64,000 nt of DNA from Rhodosorus marinus CCMP1338 (Eukaryota; Plantae; Rhodophyta), in assembly GCA_029953675.1 (NCBI GenBank), contig JAMWBK010000010.1:1-64000 (forward strand), given 5' to 3'. The translations under genes and the position numbers were made by a program. The notes beneath the pieces were generated by a model, which was not told the DNA's origin, searched no databases, and worked only from the letters and a program-made list of their open reading frames with translations. This document shows positions 1-9,650 of this stretch, piece by piece. Positions within the stretch are counted from its first letter, which is position 1. Each line of letters opens with the position of its first letter.

Positions 1-480
1 GGTTACGTTAGTCTGGGGTTACGTTAGTCTGGGGTTACGTTAGTCTGGGGTTACGTTAGTCTGGGGTTACGTTAGTCTGGGGTTACGTTAGTCTGGGGTT
101 ACGTTAGTCTGGGGTTACGTTAGTCTGGGGTTACGTTAGTCTGGGGTTACGTTAGTCTGGGGTTACGTTAGTCTGGGGTTACGTTAGTCTGGGGTTACGT
201 TAGTTTGGGGTTACGTTAGTCTGGGGTTACGTTAGTCTGGGGTTACGTTAGTCTGGGGTTACGTTAGTCTGGGGTTACGTTAGTCTGGGGTTACGTTAGT
301 CTGGGGTTACGTTAGTCTGGGGTTACGTTAGTCTGGGGTTACGTTAGTCTGGGGTTACGTTAGTCTGGGGTTACGTTAGTCTGGGGTTACGGGTTACGTT
401 AGTCTGGGGTTACGGGGTTACGTTAGTCTGGGGGTTACGTTAGTCTGGGGTTACGTTGAGTCCTGGGAGTTACGTTAGTC
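1..480 (+). repeat. Telomere-like tandem repeat (GGGGTTACGTTAGTCT)n, G-rich on +
   Basis: Near-perfect 16-nt units from 1 to ~390 (one C>T variant near 205), degenerate 390-480. G4 run and strand asymmetry at the sequence terminus. Confidence 0.9.
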
Positions 481-840
481 TACCCCAGACTAACGTAACC
501 CCAGACTAACATAGCCCCAGACTAACGTAACACCAGACTGCATGGCCCCAGACTAACGCGCCCCAGACTAGCATGACCCCAGCGCGGCCTGACTGCTAAT
601 GACTTGGTGGCATAACCCCAGACTAACGTAACCCCAGACTAACGTAACCCCAGACTAACGTAACCCCAGACTAACGTAACCCCAGACTAACGTAACCCCA
701 GACTAACGTAACCCCAGACTAACGTAACCCCAGACTAACGTAACCCCAGACTAACGTAACCCCAGACTAACGTAACCCCAGACTAACGTAACCCCAGACT
801 AACGTAACCCCAGACTAACGTAACCCCAGACTAACGTAAC
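481..840 (-). repeat. Same telomere repeat in the opposite orientation, (CCCCAGACTAACGTAA)n; expected polarity for a left chromosome end
   Basis: Degenerate 510-612, perfect units ~613-840, directly abutting the 3' end of a family T element. Confidence 0.9.
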
Positions 841-1110
841 CGTGAGCTTTATTGGGCAGTCGCCTAATGCGACGTAACACTAAGCCGATTGCTATCTAGG
901 GAATCACTCACAACAACCCCGCTACCGGGGTCTCATGCTACGTTCAAAAGAAAAAACAGGAACCAGTGGGTTCTCCAACTGGTCCGCACGTAGAGCGCCA
1001 AGCGCAATCGCCGCGTTCCCCTGCCATAGGATCCTGTTTAACTGGGATCGTGCATCCCTCAGCTCCTCATCTCGATGCAACAAGTGTTTACAACTGTCCC
1101 GCAAAAAGTC
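841..1110 (-). mobile_element. Family T non-LTR retrotransposon, short 5'-truncated copy (C-terminus of ORF2 plus 3' UTR) inserted in telomere repeats
   Basis: Encodes DFLRDSCKHLLHR...FERSMRPR*, matching the end of ORF 48848-51040. 3' UTR ends ...CCCAATAAAGCTCACG|GGTTACGTTAG. Telomere repeats on both sides. Confidence 0.9.
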
Positions 1111-1133
1111 ACCCCAGACTAACGTAACCCCAG
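1111..1133 (-). repeat. Interstitial telomere seed (about 1.4 units)
   Basis: accccagactaacgtaaccccag, a perfect match to the terminal repeat, lying between two T fragments. Confidence 0.9.
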
Positions 1134-3295
1134 TGGCCTGTAGGCTCCGAGCTGCATCTGAAAGGCGGCCAAGGTGTGCTAGTTTCAGCGCTCGCTTGTG
1201 GCGCCCGAGATGTTTGCGTCGAACCGCTTCAGCTCCTTGCGGTGCGGTAGTACGCGACAGCATAGACGCCTTGTCCTCTAGAGCGCTCCAGACCGTAGAG
1301 AATTCTCCTTCAAGCACATGCGATACCTGAATGCCAACATCAAGTGCAGAGTGTCCGAGGACAAGGCCTGGAAGTCCGACAAGAAGCAGACTGGCGTTTG
1401 CTGGTGCGGTGCTGTCCATAGAGAGCTCTAATGCAGCACGGAAGAGGCAGCTCCATGTGTGAACCTGGGCGCGTGGCACAAATCGCCGTGTGGGAACCGG
1501 GCAGTGTGTAAGGCGCGTCCACTGCCTGCCTCCTTGCGTGACGTCGTCGACGAAGACGCTCCACCGCCTGATCCAGTCTTGGCGATCCGAGAAGAAAAGA
1601 GGCTCTTCGCGGCGTCGTTTGATTCCCCTACGTCTGCTCGGCATTATTGCGCTGGGTTTTCCTGGCTCTCCTGCGTGTCCATCGCGTGATGGTTGCCGTC
1701 AACGGCAACCTGTGTCCCAGTGGTATCCTGTGGAGTCTCCACGGCTGCCGGAGTCATCTCAGTATCCGGTCCGGTGCCATCGGCGGCCACTCGCGAGCGC
1801 TTCTGTTGAGGTGGCTCCGGAAGGTTGCAGAGGAGCTCCGCATGGGGATTGTCTTCGTGTGCTGCGTTCTCAGGTACTTGGGAAGTCGCACTGGTCTCAA
1901 CCGAGGCGTCAACTCTCCCACGGTCTGCCTGTACATCCCCTGGAAGGGACGAGGCTTCAGGGTCTGCGTTCGTGGCGGCTGCAGGCGCTGGGGGTTCCGC
2001 GCTCTCCCCGGGTACCGTTGGAGTACGTTGTGTGGCTTGTAGGGATCCGAGTCTGCTCTCCAGGTACTCGTGTATCGCTGCGAGTGTGTTGAACGAGAGT
2101 TGCCTTCTGCGGAGTCTCGCGCGGATCCGGATAGTCTGTTCAATCGCCCGTTTCAGGGTCTGAGCCCCGATATTCGCTGGGGCAATGAGCTGACGTTCAT
2201 TGTAGCCCAACAGGTTGTCTGTATCCAGTGCCTGGCCCGTGTAGAGAGTCACTTGCCGATCAGGGGTGTCTCTGGGTGAACGAACCGAAGATGCCCGTCC
2301 TGAAAACGCCCCGAGAGATGGCGCTTTGTAGAATCGGAATCGCGTCCGGATGGCAGAGTAAGCACGCATGGGAAGCGATGAAGTCCACGTGCGCCACATA
2401 AGAGCTCGGAATCCCCAAGGCTCTGCAAAGGACCGTGGTGAAATCCGATGGGGCTACCTCGTCCATCCGTGGCGGTCTTACATTCCTCAGGGTCGCCAGT
2501 ACCGGCTTGGTCTCAGGTCCCCAGGAGGACCCTCCCACAGTGGCGTGCAACTGTCGTAGCGCTGCCTGCTGGCTCTGTGGGCCCGGGCGCCCGGCTGGTC
2601 GGAGTTGAGCCTCTGATTCTCGAGCTGGAGTACTTTGGGCAGTCCTCTGAGCGTACGTTGGCCGTGTGCTGCTGATACCGGCAACCGGGAAGGCCGTGGC
2701 ATAGTCCAGTGGGGCAAGGACACCTGTCCCCTCCGCAAGTTGATTGATGATGGGTTCTGCCGCATGTTGATTGACCGCCGCCGTCCGCGGGTGCTGCTGC
2801 GGGGGTTGAGGCGGGGTCGTAGTGGCTCGTCCGTCTTGCCACATATGCGGTTTTGGCGAGCTCATTCAGACGTCCTGTCACTGATTGAAGTTCTTTTGAG
2901 CAGTTGATGCGGGAATAGAGGTTGAAGGCGGCCTGGTAGAAGTCGGCGATGTCCGACTGGCCGATTCCCAGGGCGGTATAGCAGTGGTCGTAGCTCTGCA
3001 GTTGGTGGAGAAAGGCGACAGCTGGGTCTGCTGTGGCCTGCTCCGCGGCACCCTGTTCTGCATTCCTCTCTGCCTCCTGTTCTGCTCCCCTATACTGGTG
3101 CTGTTGCTGCTGCTGCTGCTGCTGCTCTTGTAGCAGCTCTTTCGCCCTCTCCATTTCGCGGGTACCCGAGGTGTGTGGGCCCGCGATCACAAGAGGCTCG
3201 GGGTACGGCCCGCGTACCTCCTTCACAATCATACTTGTAACTTTTTATCACCTTTTTCCGTCGTTTTCCACAAACAAAGCCGTCCAAACCAGAGA
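1134..3295 (-). mobile_element. Family T element, 5' half (5' UTR, ORF1, start of ORF2), broken and capped by telomere repeats
   Basis: 1134-1700 is nearly identical to 51470-52058. The 5' end abuts degenerate telomere units at 3296-3327. Confidence 0.85.
1644..3232 (-). pseudogene. Family T ORF1 (polyQ/helical N-terminus, conserved NVRP domain, low-complexity C-terminus), split by two frameshifts
   Basis: Overlapping ORFs 2513-3232, 2260-2865 and 1644-2399. The RNVRPP...SDF...LG...VDF segment aligns by eye with the ORF1s of families A and C and with T2. Confidence 0.7.
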
Positions 3296-3327
3296 GTAAC
3301 CCCCAGACTCAAGTAACCCCAGACTAA
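3296..3327 (-). repeat. Degenerate interstitial telomere repeats at the 5' junction of the T element
   Basis: gtaacccccagactcaagtaaccccagactaa. Confidence 0.8.
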
Positions 3328-3336
3328 GTTGAAAGA

Positions 3337-6300
3337 GTGGTGGTGGTGGTTCTACTGGTTTTATTGGTTTTATTAGCAGAGCCTAAAGCGCTACGCAAAC
3401 CGTGAAAGGGATCTAAGAACTAGGTAGGGAAGCGTCCAAACCAGGCACCGATGGCGCGCCTCGGCAAGCATGCTCCTCGAATATCGCCACAGAGAGAGAC
3501 TTAAACGCCGCAAAAGTTCCAAGTATTCAACAGGATGCTAGGTGAAACATTTCCGCAACCACTCCAAACCCGCCTTCTCCACGTGACCAAAGCTTTCCAC
3601 AATGAAGGGCTGGAATCGCCGCGAAAAAAAGAGCCCTACGTTGTCAAGTAAGGGAGGCTCCCCCCTCCGTAAATACCGGATAGGAACGGCCACGCCTCCG
3701 GGAATACCCTTCGAATCACCTCCAAATCAAGCGTCCGCGAGACGCTGTTGAACGCGTTCCTAAGTCAACCACCAAAACACCACAGTCCGGCCTCCTGGCT
3801 CGCTCGAGCTCGATCGCATGAGTGATCAGCTCGCACCCCCCGGAAAATCCCACCCCTACCCGTCAAGGCGCCATAAAAGCGGTGCCACCTCCCGGCGAGC
3901 TTCCGTAGACTCTCGACCATGCCGATCGGCCGGAGACGCGGGTGTGCCGGCTCGTGGTCGGGTTTCGTTAGCAAGCAAAGTTGTGCCCGTCGCAGATGGT
4001 CCCAAGGGGCAGACGCACCCCCTGCACCCTGGAACACCGTATTCAGAATTTTCATCAGTGCGCTCTGGTCAGGCTTGCTCAAGGCCTGCAGTAATCCCAT
4101 TCGTAGCCCAGAGGGTCCAGGGCAGCGTCCACGCCGGGAGGCCCGGAGCAAATCCTCCAGATCAGATTCACGAAGCGTCAGGTCGATGCGGAACCTGGCC
4201 AACTCTGGAAGGTCTAAAAATGTCTCGAATTTAGGGAGCAAGTCCACGTCGGACGAGGGGAACAACGCCGACACAGTCTGGTCGAGGCTCTCGTCGTAGG
4301 GGGTAAAGGCACCTGGCCCTCCAAGACCCGTACCGCTCGGCTCAGGTCGCCAACCGCCATCAATTTCTGCACTCGAGTCGTCCTAAGCGAGGCTGTCCCA
4401 GCACGAGTCCTCCGGCCGGATGCCTCGGATGACGCCAAGTAGCTCTGCTGCAACACCTCAAATTCCCCCTTCAGGACTTTGGCCAGCCGTTCTCGGACGC
4501 GCCATCTGCGCTCCGATGTGTGAGTGGGTGCCAGAATCGGGCGCGGCATGACCCCCAAAAATTCTCACATAGCAACGTCCCGTTGATTACGCGCCAGACT
4601 CTCGAAAATAAAATCCAGGATTGTCCCAGCTATGGAGAGCTCTCCTAGAGGGGAGGAGGGGCGGAATCCTTCCTCGGAGGGGTAGGGAGCCTCCTTCCAA
4701 ATAAATCCATCGCCGGAGCCAACTCCGCAGGCGCGTGCGCCAGATGCCCCAGTCTCCGCCTTCCTTGAGGACATAAGACTGCAGGTCCATTGACTGCGAC
4801 CTCGCAGCCGTGCCCGGGGAGCTAATCGTGCTTCTCCCCCTTACACCCGGGGGAGTCGGTCCTGGCGCGCTTGCCTCTTCACCTCGCCAAACTGGTCAAC
4901 CGGCCACTCCGCGAGGCTCGCGGGATGGCTCTCCCGGGATTCAACAAAGTAATAGGGGGGTTCTCGACCGACATGCCCTCCGACTCCCCTTCCTCGCCAC
5001 TCGCACTGGAAGTGGTGCTTGGAGCGAAGCCCTCTAATAATCCCAAACGCCGTAGCTCTTCCTTGTGACTTGAAGTCAGCACAAGGTGGTCAAAAAAGGT
5101 AGAGGAGGCTGCGCGCAGATGGCGTGGACTCCACGCAAACGCTCCAAAAGTATCCGCTCCATGTGGTGAATGCGAAACCAATGGATGGCTGCAGCTTTCA
5201 CACTGGTCTCGCGCTCAGATAGCCCTGCTGTTTCTCCGGGAGAGAGGAAAGTGCCGGAAAAACGGTCGAACCCGAAATGCAATACAACCTGGGGTTGAAA
5301 ACGCAACCAGCGGGCGCTCTCAGGCCACTGCTCGGTACGCTTCTCAAGCAGGGCCTGCAGGTACGTGGCCGGGGTTGCATAGACCACAAAGAGGACATCG
5401 CGACCCTCATAATTGCGAAGATGAAGTCTTCGCGGCTACACCCCAAAGACTCCGCAAAAGTATCCCGAAAACCTCGCATGGACGGGACCTGGCCCAGTGT
5501 AGTCTGGGGCCGGACGTTGCGCACCCAGAGGAATTGCAAAATAGTCGCCGCAGGTCCGCCCTGCTGCTGGCGAGAGGGCAAAAATCTTAGCATAGTCGCC
5601 GTCCGTGCGGCCGTGGTACCCTTTAGCGAAACTGAGACGTAAGACGGGGCCCGTTTGGGACCACCGCGTGCCCCCGCTCGAGCTGTCGCCCACCCGAGGG
5701 CTGGCCCAGGACGGGAAATTCCGCTTCAGCTGAGGGAACATTCGGCTAAGCATGCTGCTAGAATATCGCCACAGGGCGGCGATATTACTCAAACGGCGTA
5801 AAAGCGCCAAGTACTCAGTAGGATGCTCAGCGAAACATTTCCGCAACCCCTCGAAGCACGATTTATCCACATGACCAAAGCTTTCCACAATGAAAGGCTG
5901 AACCGGTGGGAGCGACCCTCGGCGTAGGGCAGACTGGCCATGCTCTCAGCATACCGTCGTTCCTTCACTCGTCGAAGAGCCGAAGCGGCTGCCCCTCGGC
6001 GGTGGGCGGCAGCCGTGAGGTGGGCGCTCGCCACAGGGCATGTAATCGCGAGGTCAACATATGCTGGGCGTTAGGCGGCAGGGTCTGAGACAAGAAGATC
6101 TGCGATACAGCGGCCGGCGCCGTGTCCGAGACCGATCCAGGTAGTTCCGATTCCTCGTCAACCGTATGCCCTACCCGAGTTAAACATTCGCTTAGGATGT
6201 ACTTGAGGCGAGTGTGGCGCCTCGTGCGGAGACCTCGCAACAGTCCGCATGAACCCAAGAAGTGGTAGCCACAAGCGTCAATCCGGCTCTCACATCTCTG

Positions 6301-7147
6301 ACAGATCGACGGCCGATTAGAGTGCACGGGGCTTGTGGCAAACCTAAGTAGACCCGTGCGGCGTGGAAAGGAACTAAAAACTAGGTAGGGAAGCGTCCAA
6401 ACCCAGGCGCCGATGGCGCGCCTCGACAAGCATGATGCTCGAATATCGCCACAGAGAGACACTTAAACGCCGCAAAAGTCCCAAGTATTCAACAGGATGC
6501 CCAGTGAAACATTTCCGCAACCACTCCAAACCCGACTTCTCCACGTGACCAAAGCTTTCCACAATGGAAGGCTGGAACCGGTGGGAGCGACCCTCAGCGC
6601 GAGGCAGACTGGCCATACTCTCAGCATACCGTCGTTCCTTCACTCGGCGAAGGGCCGAAGCAGCTGCTCCACGGCGGCGGGCGGCAGCCGTGAGATGAGC
6701 GTTTGCCACAGGGCATGTAATCGCGAGGTCAACATATGCTGAGCGTCTGGCGGCAGCATCGGAGACGAGGAGATCTGCGATACAGCGGGGCGGTGCCCTA
6801 TTCGAGACCGATCTGGGTAGTTCCGATTCCACCTCAACCGTATGCCCTACCCGAGTCAAACATTCGCTGAGAATGTACTTGAAGCGAGTGTGACGCCTCG
6901 TACGAAGACCTCTCAACAGTCCGCATGAACCTAAGAAATGGTAACCACAAGCATCGATCCGACTCTCACATCCCTGACAGAAAGACGGTCGATTAGAGTG
7001 CCACGGAGCTTGTGGCAAATCCAGATAGATCCGTGCAGCAGAGCGGATCCTAAAGGCATCGAGACGGTGACCCAGTGACGAAGTCAGTGTGGTTAGCCAC
7101 AAGTGCGACAGGTTGCCTCCCATGCCTCGGAGGTGAGCGGCGGTGGT
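3337..7147 (-). mobile_element. Stack of family A non-LTR fragments (3' end with tail, RT/ORF1 segment, two RLE segments)
   Basis: Tail AATAAAACC at 3345-3375. RT-region peptides (LRPIGMVESLRKLAGR). ORF1 peptide (WVRNVRPQTT). RLE ORF 6374-7123 (CQGC...H...C, RTRRH, ADLLVSD, YVDL, KERRY, VESFG). Confidence 0.85.
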
Positions 7148-7157
7148 AGGCTGTACT

Positions 7158-7211
7158 GGACTTTACTAGCATAGCCTGAAGCGCTACGCAACGCGTGAAG
7201 ATGAACTAATA
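7158..7211 (-). mobile_element. 54-bp family A mini-insertion (3' UTR plus tail only)
   Basis: Flanked by the 10-bp direct repeat aggctgtact (7148-7157, 7212-7221). Confidence 0.75.
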
Positions 7212-7214
7212 AGG

Positions 7215-8330
7215 CTGTACTAGTCTCCCCGAAACGGTTCAACCCCGTCTTCCTGACTGGCGAGCTGTATTTGACCGCTCTCGAGGCTCCGCCCCGGGGA
7301 TTCGTCCTGCGCCTGAACCTGTTCTAGGGGAGATTGACCCAGTGGTTGCCGCAGAAGAAGAAGTTCCAGTTGATCCTCCTGATGATTCCCAGCGCGCTGG
7401 GAGCCGAGCTCAAGCACGCACGGATGCGCTGCAAAATATCCTTTCTTGGGAATTACACCGTGTTGCATATGGCCGACTCCTGGCGCAGATGGTCTCATCT
7501 TCTCGCGCTCGCGCCCGCCTACGTAGTCTTGGAGGGGTTATTAGCTCTCAGTGGCTCATGACCGTACCAGCCTTTCCGCCACTCACACTGTCGGATTTCG
7601 AAGTGCGTACTTCACTGCGCTTATACCTCGGCTTACATCAGCCCCCTTGGCCGTACGAGATGGGTTCGTCGTGCCCTCTCTGCTCTCAGACCGAAGACAA
7701 CGCAGATTTTGGCGCCCACCTGCTCGCTAGTTGCCCGGCGGTGAAAGGTGCTCGAACCCGCCGCCATACACGGATCTTGAACCTGTTATACCGGGAACTT
7801 CGGCCTATAGTCCGGCAAGCCGGTCTGGAAATCGAACGTGAGAAACCTTTACCCGTCGCGGACTTTCAAAATGATGAACGCCGTGTAGCCGACCTGGTGA
7901 TCACCTGTGACGACAGCCGCCGTACCACATACGTTGATCTTGCTGTTCCTAACCCTCAAGCTAGTCGTTATCTCCCGGCTGCGGGGGAGCGCCGTGGATC
8001 TGCCGCCGCCAGCATGAGACGCCGCAAAGAGATCAAATACGCGGGGGCTTTGTCTTCCCCTGGTGTTCGTGCTTCGGCACTAGCACATCGCTTGGTACCC
8101 CTGATCATTGAGTGCTTTGGGTTCATGGACTCTGTTGGTTCTCGCTGGCTTCGGGAGTTGTTCCGCGAACGCCCTGACCGTCTTCAATCGTTGTTTACCC
8201 GCTTAAGTTTCCTGCTGTGGCGCATGAATGCCGCTTTGATGTTGGAGGCGCGAGTACTTCGCCGCGCTTAGTCTTTTTTTCCCCTCGGGGTTTTTTTTTT
8301 TTCAGCCTCCGATTAAACCATTCGTTCGTT
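7215..8330 (+). mobile_element. Family C non-LTR retrotransposon, 5'-truncated (CCHC, RLE and 3' UTR)
   Basis: ORF 7342-8271: CPLC...HLLASC, RTRRH, RVADL..YVDL..KEIKY..LIIECFG. Colinear with 27824-29230. Ends ccgattaaaccattcgttcg. Confidence 0.9.
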
Positions 8331-8462
8331 CTCGATGCGTACTTTTGTTAGATATTCCTTCTTTGATTGTTCAATCAATTCGGTGCTTTGTTTGTTCAGA
8401 CGAATGATAGATTTGTTTTTATTTTTCCCCCTGTTTGTCTACCCATGGGATTGCTTTGTGCA

Positions 8463-9650
8463 TCAAAGCAGGCGCTGGACAATAGGACAATTGATGATTA
8501 TTCCTACCGATCCATACTCATCTCCATTCGGACCCGTGATGAAACCATCCAAGACAAGTCCAAGGATCTGGAACTCCTCCAAGACCCTCGTTCTGATTCC
8601 CAACTTGATTGCCTTCTTAGTCCACTCTCCAAGGTTCATATCCCACAGAGGGCTGTAGTCGGTAGCGATGGTTGGGATTCCACCGAGCACATTGAGTGGT
8701 CCACCTTCTCCACGTAGAGCAGATTCGATTCCTTGTCTCTGTGGGTGATCGAAGTTAGAGCTTCTGGGTAGCTGTGCGTTGCTTGGCCCGTTTATGGTAA
8801 CGAAGATTCTCTCGACAGCTGAGAACGCGCTATCATCGCCACCCACGACAACAGCATCTAGACCTGGAGCGAAGGTGGAAGCCTCCAGTGCGGCTACGGT
8901 CATGTCGTTTGCATCGGTGCTGATGTAGAAAACCGGTCTAGCGAAGGAAAATCCAGAGGCCAAGTTCAACGTCACAGTCTGCTCTTCAGGGCAAATTGCG
9001 ATAACCGTATCATGAATATATTTGTAGGCCTTTTTCGCCTGTCTCCCTGAGATTCCGTTGCAGTAGTCATTCAAGAAGTTTACCCCATCCGCAACAATTG
9101 GAGCGTTGTACAGGGAGCGGTCGGTATTGACAAGCCGGATCAGCGGCGTGTAGTTTTTGTCTCCAATCGCTCCAGGCCTCGCCCTTTTTGGTGGAAACGG
9201 ATTAGGCTCATCACCAGGGACAACAGAACGTGCGGGCCGGAAGTCCACCTTTCCAGTCCTGTTTCGAATCTTGAACCCATCCAAGTATACATCGTCCACC
9301 GCCCTTCCGTGTGCATAAGACAGTTTAGGAGCGACGTTGAGGCCAAGTGCTTCACCATTTCCCCGATCAGTAGTATCAGTGAGAATGTAGTAGTGCTTGG
9401 AACCATCTTCATAGTATCCTTCATATAGAGGGAGAGTGACGGTACCAGCATCGAGGTCTACAGTTCCAGACCTCAGCAATTGATGAGGTCCAATCAGCTC
9501 CTTTTGAACAGAAGACGGTGGTGGCCCAAAGTAGGTCAGCGGAACATCGGCTCCAATTGACGGTGGAGCGGGCTGCACGTCATCATCAGCTTTGGCAAAA
9601 TTCAGGCTTGCAGCGAATAGCAGTACGACCAACGATACGAGTTTCGCCAT
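8463..9650 (-). CDS. Intronless secreted protein (~395 aa) of unknown function with an internal two-fold repeat
   Basis: Signal peptide MAKLVSLVVLLFAASLNFAKA, uninterrupted ORF, C-terminal GGPLNVLGGIPT..DYSPLW motif. TATAAG ~105 nt upstream (9755-9760). Confidence 0.85.
   Translation of the reverse strand: MAKLVSLVVLLFAASLNFAKADDDVQPAPPSIGADVPLTYFGPPPSSVQKELIGPHQLLRSGTVDLDAGTVTLPLYEGYYEDGSKHYYILTDTTDRGNGEALGLNVAPKLSYAHGRAVDDVYLDGFKIRNRTGKVDFRPARSVVPGDEPNPFPPKRARPGAIGDKNYTPLIRLVNTDRSLYNAPIVADGVNFLNDYCNGISGRQAKKAYKYIHDTVIAICPEEQTVTLNLASGFSFARPVFYISTDANDMTVAALEASTFAPGLDAVVVGGDDSAFSAVERIFVTINGPSNAQLPRSSNFDHPQRQGIESALRGEGGPLNVLGGIPTIATDYSPLWDMNLGEWTKKAIKLGIRTRVLEEFQILGLVLDGFITGPNGDEYGSVGIIINCPIVQRLL

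Noticed and set aside
1-840. Tandem repeat as a CRISPR array
   Set aside because: Units are contiguous with no unique spacers, and the context is eukaryotic (introns, Dicer, retrotransposons).
922-1644. 240-aa ORF as an intact host gene
   Set aside because: It is a chimera of two T fragments read through a telomere seed.
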